A stretch of 64,000 bases of DNA, taken from contig OZ287754.1 of assembly GCA_965649765.1 (NCBI GenBank), forward strand, positions 33,108,001-33,172,000, in the 5' to 3' direction. Both the position numbers and the translations under genes were made by a program. Under the pieces are notes generated by a model, which was not told where the DNA came from, searched no databases, and worked only from the letters and a program-made list of their open reading frames with translations. This document shows positions 32,037 to 47,108 of the stretch, piece by piece (position 1 is the stretch's first letter; each line of letters opens with the position of its first letter). Origin of the DNA: Bispira polyomma (Eukaryota).

Positions 32037-35000
32037 AATTATTCACAATTGTATCTTAAACATTTTTATTTTAATATTTTACGCTCAAAAAACAACGAAG
32101 TAATATTCCCAATAATAATCTCTATCTGTAGAACTGTTGATAGTTGTGAACTCTCCAAGATACTGTACCTGGATGAATAAAGATCTCTGTCAAGGCCCAC
32201 ATATATATTATCAGGACCCCTCCCAAAATGCGTGCTGACCAATAAGATTTCGCGCCCAAGTCTTCTTTTGACACCCGAGCTATCCTTTCACTCCCCCGAC
32301 TTATCTTTTGTTTCCCCCAGAGTCATCTTTTCAACTGGGGGAATACAAAGGATCTATTGATCTTTGACAAATGACACGATAAGTCGGGGGGAATAAGTCG
32401 GATGATTTGCCCAACAAATTACGGGAAGATTGGAAAGAGAGGTCTTGAGATGGTAACAAAAAGTTATTAGTGGGTTATTACTGGCCACAATTGGCCCTGA
32501 GTTATCGGCCTTGCCATCCATATTCGCACTCGCGCGCAGCGGCTTTAAACATGTTTGAAAACCTCTGATTCAAAAAGATAAATTGTTGGATGCCTCCGAC
32601 CTCCCCGATAATTGCACAGATCTTATAATCAGGACAGTTGGGGGCTATGATTGGCATAGTGGAACAGGGGTTTTATATGTAATAATATACGACTGTAGAA
32701 TATCATTGATGGTGAGACATTCTACATGACACTGTCAGAGGTAGTGGGGTCTTAAAGACACTGAACAAACCACTGTAAAAGTGTGAAATAAACCTGCAAA
32801 AACATTTCACATTCTTCACAACTTCTCACTTGAAATCCTGCAATTATTACAAGAAGGGGATTAAAACTTGTGAAGTAAGAGATTTGAGGAGACTTGTGTC
32901 AATAGAAAGGTGTTGTGATTCTGTGGTTTGCGTTAAGATACCCTTTACATTGTATATGTATGCTCCCACATTATTGCAGCTTATAGTATACCTATGTCAA
33001 ATCTTATTTTAGCTTTGACTTTACCATTGATTTAGCTCTTTTAAATTTATGGGATAGATTTTCCGAAATACAAGTACACAATGACTTACATATTTCCCTT
33101 GACTTTGAGCCTGCGTTTACTTTGACCCTGGAATTCTCAATTGAAGTAAAAAATAAGATAAAACATGTATGATCAAATATACAGTGCTAGGGCAATTCTA
33201 CAATTTAACAAGCAAATTATGTACGTATTTATGCACAAGATCTCCCATACATGTGGACCCTGGATCATTCTTTTGTGGGCAATGTTTCAATGTGAGTGGT
33301 TCTTCATAAACACCACAATGCACAGTGAAATCTAACAGGTGTTTCAGGTACAAACTAATCACCCCTTTGTTACATACACAGAGAAGTGGCCGACTTAAAT
33401 AGGAAACTTTAAAAAACAATCTAGAGTTGATTTTTTATTTTGCACTCAAGAAGCTTGGCCGATAATTCTTTAAACTATCCTTCGGGGTTTAAACCTAAAT
33501 TGCTGTAATACAATATAATGTAAAAACTAATAACATCAGAGTTATCTGCTGGGTTTCTCTTCAAATAATACTAGTGGACTATAGCTCTATGATTTCTATA
33601 TCCCATATTTTTTGTCCACTTCACGTTAAGAAAAAACTTCTAAAACTGTTGTTGAACACTGTTATGCGTGTGAAGAGACTTAAACCTATAGGGAGGACTT
33701 ATATTATTGAGAGATTTAATGCCCATATAGAGGTTTAAAGCTGACTGGCACCATGAAGGAGGGGCTTCAGTCTGCTGTTGACACATACTACACTTTAAAT
33801 AGCATTGGCATCCACTACCACCAGCCCCCAGGCGAAAGTGTGTGCATGTTTTAGCCTGGGTTAGACCATTAACTGTGATATTTGCACATTTGCCATCTAA
33901 AACATCGCCACCTACAATTTACCAAGCCATTACAAACCTTAACAACATGCTTCGTCTTGATCTTTAAATTTTGAAAATGTACTAATTTTAAATAGCAAGT
34001 CAATTACTTAGAGTTGTATTATAGAGAGACTCAGACTCTATGGATACTTTATACTTGATGTCGTTGTATATGTGGGGAGTATCAGATGAGTGGTAGATGC
34101 TCACTTGCTTACTGTAATACTGCTCCTTACATAATGCACTCTATATATGGTAACATATATATGGTAATATTTTAAATTCGAGCTACTCAATACGCTGCCT
34201 TTATTGTGGCAACTGGTGCTCATCTCTATTTTTCATGTTGCTAAAGATCAATGACCTAGCTAGAAGATATTAAGATTTGACTGAAAACTAATATTATAAT
34301 GGTAATGTACCACTGGTGATAGATGATCAAATATGGATTAGACTTTATTGTTAAATCGGCCAGAAAATAGTGAACCCTGTCAGGTAAGTAGGACGGTCGT
34401 GGTCAAAATATATTGAATTCTTGGTAAACCTGTCCTATTTGTCGGAAGTAACAAGATAGATTTTGATATACTGGTCATACGAATGATGTATTTTAGAATT
34501 AATGTATTTTTGTCAAACCTTAGAAGCAGTGTTAAATTGTCAAGAAAAACAAAAATATTGCTGACATAAAAATGTTTTAAATGGGTTTATGTGTGTATAA
34601 ATTGTTTAAATATGCAAATATGCAAAGCCAAATTGCTTTAATGAAGAATATTTGACTGTGTTAGTTTTAAGTATGCAATTAATTCAATTGTGCCCTGTGC
34701 ATGACAATGTACAGGTGAATTCCTTTCAAAGTGAGACACTCGGTGTATTAACAAAGGTCACATACTACATTTAGACTATGTTTAGTAGATTTCACCTGGT
34801 CTTTAGACTTACCACTTTACCATATTCAGCTACATCAGGGCCTTGTGTCACATACAGACTGAAAGGTCTACGAGTCATTCCTATACCTAAACCTAAGTAC
34901 CACATTCATAGATTCCATTGTTACTGGACATTACCTAGGCGATCACCATTTTGTGTAATAGAAATTTTAGCAAACTATTACAATCTGAAGTATAAGTTCA

Positions 35001-37665
35001 CAAAGGTACATTAACTCAAGCTTGATAAGTTGAAGTACACATGTTTGGTAAACATATTTATAAGTCTTTAATTTAACAGTTTTCACAATAATTTAAAGCT
35101 GATCCTAAATGACATGATCCATTCAAGCCGTACCTTTAAAAACAATCAGTAATGCTTAACTTTGCAATAAGAAATGTAAGACTTTGTTCACCTGCTTTTA
35201 TTGTGTGTTAGCAAGTTTTAACATTTTTACTGATAACTCTTAAAAGTTAAAATATTCAATGCTCAGTGTTTTCATAATTTACTTTTGATTTGTATATGTC
35301 CACATATATGATGATCGTAGGGGTTTTTAGAGTACTTGATCAAAATATGTTTATTGTATTCAGAGCACTAATTAACTCTGTCCTGACTGTAACAGTCAAC
35401 TTCCGGAGTTACTGCCATTCCCCTAACTGAAGAGAGAGGCTTGAGGATGACTGTTTATCAACGTCCTGAAGGATTTTTAGCCTGCCACTGGGAATAGGAC
35501 CCAGTGACAGTGGACCGACATTTTAAGTGGTCATCTGTGCTACTAGGTAAATGCGGTAAGCCGAAAACCTCCTTGCACCTAAAACATGACCACCACAATA
35601 ACAAAACATCAAATTTATACTTTGGCCTTTGACCTGGCTTTTGAACCTACCTTTATTTTTAAGGTAAACTTAGCCAAGAAGAAGTATTAGATTTTAGACT
35701 GAGAACAGGCCTTACATGAAACCGCCTCTTGACGTTTCTTAGGACTTACAATATATAACAATTATATCTTTGAGTACAAAGAAATCATTCAAAACTAAAG
35801 TCATTCTAAAAACTGCATTAATTTAGTAGGTCTCATGTACAAGAACCCGTGCTCAATTTAACAAAGAAGATTGAAAGCTACATTTAGTTACTTTAGTACT
35901 ATGAGGAAGTTCTTTAAGAAAAGTGTGAGCATGCCCAGACAAGAGGTTGTGCTGATCTTAGTAAACTGATTTATAAACTAGAGTAAAAGAGGTAAATATA
36001 GCTGGAATAATGGTTTACCTGTTTCCACGACTTTATTCCATTTCTTTTTACTGTTCACAATTTTCTCTTAAAATAAAATAATAACCTTTATATTTGTGAT
36101 ATATGTTATCACTAGGTTTAGTTTTTTTCCTGTACAAGACTAATAAATTAATTTGTTGTTCTAATTCAGTGTAAGTTTCAAACTGTACTGTAACATATAG
36201 CCTAATGTGTGATGACCCTTTGTGTCAAGTTGACGCAATAAACCCCTGGTAATCAAATAGTGGCAGAGTATTCAGCACATATCTATGCTGTCCAAGTCTG
36301 TGTTAATGGGTTATGTTAGAACATGCACAGAGGATTCTTAAAGACATTTAAGAACAGAGACAACCAAATATATGTCATACATCACATTCTCATGTTGGTC
36401 ATGCAGGAAAAATGAACCCTGACAGATACCACTTTGATTTCTAGGAATAAACAATGAAGTTAAATATATAATATTAAAAAAGAGTCTGTCATCTGTTATA
36501 TCTTAGAAAATAACAGTTAAAAGTAAGCACTATATTTAAACGCCGTTATTAAAAAGGAATCCTTTTAATAACACGAGCCCTCTCTTGTTTTGTGTGGAGG
36601 TGTACAATAAGACGTAGACACTGGATTCGAGAAATGGTTGACTCACTACTAATGTATCCCCCCGCCATTATATCGCCAATGTCCCAGCTCAGGAATACAA
36701 CATTGTCTTTACATCTTTAATTGTATTGCGACATTTTACCACACAAATGAAGTGTCAATCAAATTTGGTGAGTGACTGAATCTTGTAATTTTGTAATTAT
36801 TTGTGTTATTTATATTTATTCAGACTGTTTTACCTTATATATGATAACCCTGGAGGATTTTGATTCAAAATATTATTTTAGATGAAATTGACAAGCCTTA
36901 ACAAAAAGGATGAGCCTAACTGCCTCCATTGTGACTACAAGCACCCTTCCCCTTTGACCCTGTATTATATACCCTGGCTATATTCACACAACCTCCAGTC
37001 TTCTATACAACTCCACACATTGAAATGTCACCGTGTTCATCATGTATAATCATCTGTCTGATTCCACACAGTACTCCATGCTGAGTTCTCACTTGACATT
37101 AACCATACTTTGATATCATCTATACATTGTTCTTCTCCTAAAGTATAAGAGTTCACATCCATGGAATAAGTTTGCATTAAGCTAAATATTGTACAGTTTA
37201 TACATTACACATTCTTTATATCATGTATGTTAAAACATTAATTTAAAATAGTACGCATATTAAGGGTTATCATAACTCGTATATCTTTAATAATCATTGA
37301 AGGCATGCACTGTTGTCAAGTACAAGCTGTGGTTCATACAAGTAAGAACTTTATTGCTTTATTAACTTTAGGGCTTGTAAAAGCATTGCACATGTCAATG
37401 TTTCCACGTCACTAGTATTTTATTTATTCATTTTGTCAAGTATTAATGTTATGACATAAACTCATTAAACCATGTAACATACACAGAGTAAAACTAGAAT
37501 CACAGATCCCTCAAGGTAGGAAATTAAAGAGTTGAATCCTCTAAGTGAAAGCTGAAGAAATACCTCTAATCAAGCAGGATTTCCACTGAACAGGATATCA
37601 AATAAAATGTTTTTTTGTGTGACTAGAGGGCTTATCAAGCAACTTCTACTTATAAGAACCCTCCC

Positions 37666-38370
37666 ACCAAGTAGTGACCTATAACTAATTGGTGTACAAT
37701 TGTGTACCAAGTAGTGATCTATAAGCATTTGTCTACAATTGTGTACCAAGTAGTGATATATAACTAATTGGTGTACAATTGTGTACCAAGTAGTGATCTA
37801 TAACCAATTTGTGTACAATTGTGTACCAAGTAGTGATCTATAACCAATTTGTGTACAATTGTGTACCAAGTAGTGATCTATACCCAATTGGTGTACAATT
37901 GTGTACCAAGTAGTGATCTATAACCAATTTGTGTACAATTGTGTACCAAGTAGTGATGTATAACCAATTTGTGTACAATTGTGTACCAAGTGGTGATCTA
38001 TAACCAATTTGTGTACAATTGTGTACCAGGTAGTGATCTATAACCAATTGGTGTACAATTGTGTACCAAGTAGTGACCAATAACCAATTTGTGTACGATT
38101 GTGTAACAGGTAGTGATCTATAACCAATTTGTGTACAGTTGTGTACCAAGTAGTGACCAATAACCAATATGTGTACAATTGTGTACCAGGTAGTGATCTA
38201 TAACCAATTTGTGTACAATTGTGTACTAAGTCGTGATCTATAACCAATTTGTGTACGGTTGTGTACCAAGTAGTGACCACTAACCAATTTGTGTACAATT
38301 GTGTACCAGGAAGTGACCTATAACCAATTGGTGTACAGTTGTGTACCAAGTAGTGATCTATAACCAATTT
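37666..38370. repeat. 40-bp minisatellite, about 17.5 copies (CCAAGTAGTGATCTATAACCAATTTGTGTACAATTGTGTA)
   Basis: Direct periodicity of 40. Confidence 0.97.
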
Positions 38371-41300
38371 ATTCTCCCTTGATAAAAGTTAACAATATTC
38401 TTATCAACTGTATTCTGCACAGCTTTCGTAATTACTGCAAAACTCCACAGCTCATAATTAAAAAGCGAATGAACATATCTTGTAGTTCAAACAACTTTAT
38501 TTATCAGGTAAATATGTTTTGCCCCATGCTTGTTAAAATGTTAACGATTTAGTGGGATATTTGGGCCATATCTGGACACAGTTTACTATGTTTTGGTTTC
38601 CTAAATAACAAATGTCTGAAGAACAAAGTCCTATTGTATGTTCATGATATCATAGGTTGAGAATTCCTCCTTGAATTCAAGGTGGTTGTGACCACATACT
38701 TGTGAAAAAATTTTGACTAAGAGTGGTGTATCTTTTACCTCAGCATTCTGTTCACAGAGATAATTGTGTGCACATCACAACTGATTAACACAAATACTAG
38801 TAAAAAGACTTTGATTTGTCAAAAACTGTCATGAGATTTTAAGGATACAAAAAGTGCAATTACTTCCATGGACAAATTTAAGTAGGTAATCATTTTACGA
38901 AGCCTTAACTATGTGTCAGTAGAGGACGTTTTTCTTTGAAGTCACATTCTTGAAATATAGATTCAAAATTAGTACTACTTTGTTTTAATAACCATTAATA
39001 ACAAGAATATTCTAAATAATTGTCTGAGGTCATGACATCCCAGCGTTTCCATCATATTTTGTCATTAGGTGGCCAATTATATTATATCTTCAATATATGC
39101 ATCATATCAAACTTCATTTGTGTTAGTGAAATGTTATGGGTAGTGTTTGAGACAGGCCAATACTGACACGTGTGGACATAACTGTTCACTTGTTTGTACA
39201 TAAAGGCACATTTACATGTTAATACACATCTCTGTCTCATCAGTAGATAGGTATTAGTCGACCCGCTTACTGGCAATGAAACCGAAACCTTGTATTTGAA
39301 TTTGATTAGCAAACATAATTTCCTCCAAATTTTTTTAAATTTTATTTATCTTTAAAAGGAAAATGCCAATAATGCTCATAAATACTAGTAATAATCTTTA
39401 GTAATAATGCATTTTTTAAGATGTCACTTTTAAAGTAGTTCTAAGACATAGCAGTCAACTATTGCAATAGATAGAATGGCATGCAGTGACTTCTGATACA
39501 CATGTCACCAGACTTTCACTCACCCCTCTTAAATGGATATCTATTCTACAGAAGTCTATGTCATCTCCATATAGTACACATTTCGGTATTGTGTAAATAG
39601 GTATGACATTTATCCACTACATTGTAAGATTGTAAAGTATGGAGAAAAAATATTTGATTTTAAAAGACACCCTAGATATACACTATTGATGGAAAATTAT
39701 GTATAATTGGCCCACATTTTAACTGTTAATCTAATCTAATCAATTCCGTAATGGTGCTTAATTTCCGTATTAGCAGAATCTAAGGCACAAAAAAGAGATC
39801 TCTTACAGATGTTGCAAATGCATTTCCTTCAAACTTTTTATACTGTTGGCCCATTTGTTAGGATTTGAAGGTAAAGCAGACCAGGTTCAGTGGGTTATTC
39901 TATGTTTTGTCAGAATAATTATTACAGTATTAAGCATTACACACTATTTCCACACTAGGGTTGTTTCCAAGTGGCACCCTATTCAGGGGGTGTTGTTTTG
40001 ATATCTAAATAATAATTGAACCATAAAATACTTAATTATATTGAAAATGTGTGCGGGAATATTATTTATAGTCTTATATAATTGTCCTAATAACCAATTT
40101 AAACAGAAATAGATCAAAGTCACGTCAATAAAAAAAAAATAGTTTTTATAATTCTCTGACTTTGCAATAGCATTGTCAATGTGTTTTTTTATCTACTTTT
40201 TAAGTTGAATAAAAAGTAACAAATCAGCATAACATTGAATACTCTGTCTCACATTTTAAGATCAAAATCATTGGTGTTGAAAGGTCCCGAGTGTTCTTTT
40301 TAAATGGTCCCAGTTTTGAGATGGCCTTTTACTGTTTAAACCATGCCCCATTGTATGTCTCACATTATTAAATGCAGAACATTTGATTTGTTATTACCTA
40401 CAATACATATTCATACATATTGTTATTTACAAGAATATTAAATGATATTTCCCAATGGAGAGTTTATCTCAAGTGTATCTAGCTTTTGTTCACTATATGG
40501 TAACAAAGAATGCTCTGTGTGATCAACTGATACAAAATGTGAATTCCTTAAAAGCCACTCTCACCGCATGGAACTCTTTTATTAAGTGAGTAAACAGTAC
40601 TTTCGACCTAATAGATCTCCTCAGTAACTACAAAGAAATCAGGCCTTAGCAGACGTCAAGAAACTGTGTAAAACACCACACTTCTGTCAGATAAATTTAC
40701 TTTACCGTAGATTTTAGTCTTCAATACAATAATGAAGTCTTGAGAATTGTACTTCTTTGAATGCACATCTGAATCATGTAATGTCCCCTTACTGTTCTTG
40801 GTTTGCACATACAAAATCTGGTTTATTTAGCTTAGTAGTTCCTATTCTATCAACGAAAGGTCCCGTTCCTTGTAAGATTACTTTAACCTCAATTAAACAA
40901 AGTTAAACCCCTTTAAGTCAAACCTCAAGGACTAACCTAAATACCTCTACTTAACCAGTTGCCAGGCTAGATTATATAATGAAAGGCCTTCGTATGACTA
41001 ACATTTTCTTTACATAATTATTTTTTCAAATCAAATGAGATTATATGCCCAAATTGAGCCTCAATGCAGGCTATAATGGATTGCTTGCGTCTGAGTACAT
41101 CTGCACACTTGGTTTAACCTGTTTAACTTATTGACATCTTCATTGTAAGTCTTTTAAGACCTTGTAAAAAGCTGATGGTATTCATATAAAACAAAGATAA
41201 CATTGTTAGCCAAGTATTTAGTTGGTCTCAAAAGAAATTTCCAAAAAGTAGTTTTTTCCATTGCACTTATTCATGTATTACAGTGTTTTATCGACACTTT

Positions 41301-41818
41301 GTTACTGACTCCATTGACAAACATCTGAGTGGAAGCAAGTGTTGTATTTCCAAGGGAAGTTACTCATACCTTGTAAGGATTTAAAAAAAAATCTGTCCTT
41401 TTAAGCTGATACAAAGTCCTTAATCACATTTGATAGCAATATGTTCTGATATAATATTTGCAAAATGTCAAAAGACATTTGCATTAAAATGAAAGTTTAC
41501 CCTTGTAAAATATACAGATACAAAATAGCAGTATATTACATAATGACTTGTAGAAGAAGGATGGTTGGGGTTATTAGGTGCTATGTTTACACTCTTTTAT
41601 GACAAGTCAATTTAGCACTTATTGAATGTGTGTACTGTTTAGCACATGTAACTTCACCGTTTGGAAGATATAGATTATTTCTTTAATGAGACCAGGGTAC
41701 ATTAAAACTAGGAGGTGTTGTGGGTTTACTTCTGGTGGGACATATGAATCTGTATATTAGAGGTGGGTGACTATAACAGCTGACATTAGACCCCTCAGAC
41801 ACAGGGTCCCGTTACTTA

Positions 41819-42461
41819 TGGCCTGGTCACACCTACACGTGTTAACGTCCCTCAACGTACCCAATCAATATACACTCAACATGTGGTAGTTCCGTGTCAA
41901 AGTGACGTCATTTACAAAAAGGGGTAGTCGATTGTGACGTTTTGTGAGGTTTTTGTGACGTTTCATGACGTTTCATGATGATGTTGGTACTTATACACAT
42001 AGAGCAGGGGCAAAAAACGGGCCCTTTACTGGTAGGATATCACTACTTACTACTAGGTGTAGCTACTGTACTGCTACTTACTGGTGCGTTCTGCTTCGTT
42101 CTGCTGCTTAGTAAAACAAATACAATGAGTGGAGACGATCTCACTACTTACTGGGACTTTCTCACTACCTACTACTACATATAGCTACTTACTGATACGT
42201 CTATGCTACTTTCAGAAACGTTCGGGGACAAACAGAGAAACGGGGAGAAACGGGAGCTGTGGCTGTAGCGTTTCAAACAGTTTAAAACACTACACGAAAA
42301 AGACAAAACGGAGACGTTTTGGCAACGATTTTATTCGTTGCAAAACGTAAAGAAATGATCACAGAAGGGATCATCACTTCCTACTACATTTCAAACCGTT
42401 TCCTAAATTCACACAACGTGACACAAACGTACCTCTAGAACGTGTAGGTGTGACCAGGACA
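41819..42461. mobile_element. Complete PIF/Harbinger-type MITE, 643 bp
   Basis: TIRs TGGCCTGGTCACACCTACACGT / ACGTGTAGGTGTGACCAGGACA; TTA TSD at 41816-41818 and 42462-42464. Confidence 0.9.
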
Positions 42462-44881
42462 TTAGCAGGCATTAAGGGGTGCTTCGTTCTAGTCAAATCC
42501 TCCCACTGACAGTGACCACAGAGACACACGTAGATGTGTGTCATGTATTCAGTACTCTGACTGTGGAAGAACAAACAGAGCATATGGAATTCTGATTAAA
42601 CACTTCTTAATGTTCAATGACTTATGAGGGGTGTTACATCAGACAATACAAAAAGAGGGCACTATTAAAGCCCTAGGTGCACTTAACTGTGAATCATGTC
42701 ATCTTTCCATTAAGTAGAGAGGGCAGAAGCTGGAATGTCGTCATTTCCTGAATTGTTACTGTTTTATCCAAAGGGTGCTTTTAGCATGGACTGCTCTCTG
42801 ACTTGTGTGATGTTTGCTCAGAACACATCTCCACTCAAAACTCAACATAGCAAGCAAAACATCGGAATTTATACTCTCAAGATCTCTTCTCAAGATCAAT
42901 TCCGCTGGTAGAGATTTGGTTGGTTTTGTAAGTTTTTTTATCAAATGGACTCTCTAAATAAAGTGGATAATTGCTTTTTGTATTTTGTTGAAGTGTTACA
43001 GGGGTAAACATTGGTGGATTTTTGTTACATACATACTTAACGTTACATGCGTGTATGTAAGTGTGGGCTGACTGATCTGATATAAACTTCTATATAAAAG
43101 ATAAAAACCACAAGTTAAGGATTGGCTTGGAAGAAAACTACACGGCCAGGTATTTGCTTGGAGTGTTGTGTGTGCTATTTTAATGGACTAAGATCTTAGA
43201 AATTTTTTATATACAGAAACAATCAAAAAGCCTATGATAAAGATCGTCTGTCACAGAAAGTGTGCTTCACTGAACTGAATAAATATATAATTGAGTGTCA
43301 CCAACAGGATTTACAGCCATATATTGTAAAAAGGAAGGTTAAATGTTCAAACATTACATGACAAATATCTGGATTATACAGTGAAGTTTTAAAGAGAATG
43401 AAACTTTTAGTAACTCGATAGCATGTGAAACTTAAATATTGAAAGAACTTGGTGAACTATTTTTGAAATCAAAGTGTAAAGTGTCTGTACTTTATGACTG
43501 TGGTAACCAAGATTAGGGGAACTTCTAGTCCTGGAATTTTTTTCTCAAACTAGTAAGTATTTTAACAAGTTAGCAAGGTATAACATGTATTTTAAACATT
43601 CAAAATTAATTATGGTAATTGTGGTGTCGTAAGACAGATTTTATATGCTTAGCCCCTGGGTAATTGAATCAAAACACCAAAGTCATACTTCTTCTTTGGC
43701 ATGTAAACTTGCATTCAGCTCCTACATGACACATATCTGTTTACATATACATAAAACATCTGGTAGGTTTCAATTGCTCTTTTAAATCTGTTATTGCTGT
43801 TGTATGCAGGCTGGTGTGTGAGGTTAATGGTTGATACATCACTGAGTTCTGAATAAGTAGGACTTGTATATGGGGTTACACCCTCTCAGTGTATTATATT
43901 AATGCACGTTATATAAAAGCCGTACCCTGTTCATTAAACTAGTGGTTATGGAGGAGTATCAGGGGAAAACAAAGTCAACTCATTGAAGCCCTTTAAATCG
44001 AGTATCAAGGAACTCAGAAAATACCTCTACTAAAGTCCTGGTCCCACCGGTCGTCACGTTAGAAGTCGTTTGAAAAAAATTAATTTGCGTAGGTTTTGCA
44101 AGAACTGACAAACAATACATAAGCATGCATAACCTGGCGTGAGAGATGACATGCAAGAAATTAATAATTTCAAACCGTTTGAAATTTGGACACGCAAACC
44201 ACTTAAGATTGATACATGGTTTAACCTAATATTTGCGAGAGCTTTGAGAGAGGTGGTGTAGTATAACGGCTAGAGGCATCACAATGTGTGAATGACGTGG
44301 TTTAACGTAATTAAACATACTTAAATGTAAATAATGTCCTTCAATGTGTATTGGCGTACTCGTACATGTCATACTTACTTTGACGTTAACTTATGCATCC
44401 CCTGCGAGACTTTACAACTTTTGACGTACCAATACATGAATTTTAACGTCTGTTGACGCCTTTAACATGGAGAAAATGTCCCTAATTAGAGCTTTACATG
44501 ACGGGTCTCATCAACTATTTACACGGCCCTTGCGTGACTAACCTAACCTAACATACATTCGGTGGGACAAGGGCATAAGCAGCATTTCTATGTAACAGGG
44601 GCTATTAAAAAAATACTATATGCACATGAATGAAATGGACTAAACATAATTCTACTTCAAGGGGTTTGACTTTATATCTTAATACGGTTACACTCTGGTA
44701 TGTCTAAATTTAAAAGACTACTAATAAAACCTGGTTTGGTTAAGTGTAAAATTAGCAACATGCTTGTCATACACAGAAGGTAGACATTTGATTGAAGTAA
44801 AGTTTGCTGTACCCAGTAAAGTAGACTTGACTCTCCAGGTTTAAAGTGACACAAATGTGCTCTGTATTTTTACAATAACCC

Positions 44882-45726
44882 GTAAGTGCCTGACAGAGCC
44901 ATTTTAAGGGTAGTAACAGTCTGGGTGTCTGTTCAGTATATCATTAGCAAATGCCTGACAGAGCTTTTTTAAGGGTAGTAGTAGTCTGGGTGTCTGTTAA
45001 GTATGTCACCAGTAAGTGCCTGACATAGCCTTTTTAATGGTAGTAAAAGTCTGGGGAATCTGTTAAGTATATCACTAGTAAGTGCCTGATAGAACCTTTT
45101 TAAGGGTAGTAACAGTCTGGGAGTCTGTTAAGTATATCACCAGTAAGTGCCTGACAGAACCTTTTTAAGGGTAGTAACAGTGTAGGGTGTCTGTTAAGTA
45201 TATCATCAGCAAGTGCCTGACAGAGCCTTTTTAAGGGTAGTAATAGTCTGAGTGTCTGTTAAGTATATTATCAGTAAGTGCCTGACAGAACCTTTTTAAG
45301 GGTAGTGACAGTCAGGGAAATCTGTTAAGTATATCACCAGTAAGTGCCTGACATAGCCTTTTTAATGGTAGTAAAAGTCTGGGGAATCTGTTAAGTATAT
45401 CACTAGTAAGTGCCTGATAGAACCTTTTTAAGGGTAGTAACAGTCTGAGTGTCTGTTAAGTATATTATCAGTAAGTGCCTGACAGAACCTTTTTAAGGGT
45501 AGTGACAGTCAGGGAAATATGTTAAGTATATCACCAGTAAGTGCCTGACATAGCCTTTTTAATGGTAGTAACAGTCTGGGGAATCTGTTAAGTATATCAC
45601 CAGTAAGTGCCTGACAGAGCCTTTTTAAGGGTAGTAACAGTCTGGGGTGTCTGTTAAGTGCATAACCAATAAGAGCCTGACAGAGCCTTTATAAGGGTAG
45701 TAACAGTCTGGGGAATCTGTTAAGTA
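44882..45726. repeat. 65/66-bp minisatellite, about 13 copies
   Basis: GTAAGTGCCTGACAGAGCCTTTTTAAGGGTAGTAACAGTCTGGGGAATCTGTTAAGTATATCACCA repeated. Confidence 0.97.
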
Positions 45727-46912
45727 CAGTCTTTGATACACACAGGTTGGGTTACACAAATATAGAGGGAGTGAGGCATTCTGTGTTTGAATTATTTAGT
45801 TATGCGTAAGTCAAGGGAATTAAGAGAAGCATAACTCTGCCCTGTATATATAGAATTATAAGCTCTTCGTGAGCCACTGGAGCAGTGAGCAGTTCTTTTA
45901 CTGTACAGACTTCTCTCACATACACCTAGTGTTATTGTAGGACAGCCAGCAGTCATTATTAATGTATACAGTCAAAAGAGGGCTTCAGTAAATGCATGAA
46001 TTAGATAGTATAATTACTTTATTCTGTGTGTTATGTTTTTATATCTATATTGTGAACTCATGTCACGAGGACGCTAGAATAGAGTGGGGTAAGGCATTCA
46101 AAATAAACATCTGTAATATCCCACTCGATACTTAGTCGTTACAATAAATAGATACAATTAATGCAGCAAATTAAGTTAAACACTGCTACAAACAGGATTG
46201 GGGTATGACATTTTAAATTAACGGCTAATGTTACTTATAATTACTATGGTACATTTTTGAAAAGTGGCAAATGTTCAACTCTTTACTGTACATGTATTTG
46301 TGTATGTTGTAATTGTGTGTCAGATTAATCAGTTTTGTCATTTTAACATGATTTATGCACTGATTGTCTCTCCACACAGACATATGGCCTCTTGATCTAA
46401 TCTATAAACAACAATGGACTTGATTCAAATCATTGTACACATGTTAAACTGTGCTGTTATAGCAGTAAAACACCAAACATCAGTGAAGACGTTTGCTTCT
46501 GATGTAAAGTTTAGTGGACTCATGTAGGAGTTGTCTCTTTACAAAGGAATACAACCATGGAGCTGAAATCTCAGGTTATCCTGTAAACCAGGAATACAAA
46601 ATAGGTCAGATGATCAATTAGTGGGTTTGTAATAGAAAACCTTGATACTGTGCATTGTCTCTAAAACATCATCTAGCTTCAGGAGGACATCAGCTAGCTG
46701 TGATGGTATAGTTAGATATGTGAGGATTTACTTAGTGTTTGTGAGTCTACAGTGAATAAGATTTACTAATTACTAGTCTATGTAAGATATACAGTTATAA
46801 AGATTTCCCCACATAGGAAAATTAGAGTTATAAATGTTTTCTAATCATGCAGTACCTATGTTTGTAGGTTTATTGAAGTGACCAGTACACTATACTACAA
46901 ACACTAGTCACC

Positions 46913-47108
46913 ATGGGTAACCGATCAAGTCGGATTAAGGAGACAAGACGGCGTCTGCGGAGCATGTTACAGGAGCAGAACATGATGGTGTCCAACTGTG
47001 AGCTCCAGAAGCTTGGTCTGGGTACCAGTCGGGGCAGTAGTGTGAACGCATCCACCAGACAGTCCATGTTAGATGTAAGCATGAGGTCCACAGAGGATGA
47101 ACACTCAG
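46913..47108 (+). CDS. Ankyrin-repeat protein, first coding exon (MGNRSSRIKETRRRLRS...)
   Basis: Kozak gtcaccATGG, in-frame upstream TGA, acceptor ttgtag at 46867, donor gtaggt at 47109; phase 1 fits the next exon. Confidence 0.75.

Larger units (their letters stand above)
29770..32672. mobile_element. PIF/Harbinger transposon H2 (left end truncated; right TIR followed by TTA)
   Basis: Transposase on +, ORF2 on - (MAPKRKSKKGRIE at 32036); end ...GGCATAGTGGAACAGGGGTT-TTA. Confidence 0.88.

Noticed and set aside
37666-38370. Minisatellites (also 2911-3755 and 44882-45726) as CRISPR arrays or coding repeats (ORFs 37838-38367)
   Set aside because: Head-to-tail units with no unique spacers, no cas genes, eukaryotic context; the ORFs are by-products of periodicity.
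43091-43150. TATATAAA plus short exon ending CAG|GTATTT as the ankyrin gene promoter/first exon
   Set aside because: Plausible but indistinguishable from chance in AT-rich DNA without transcript data.
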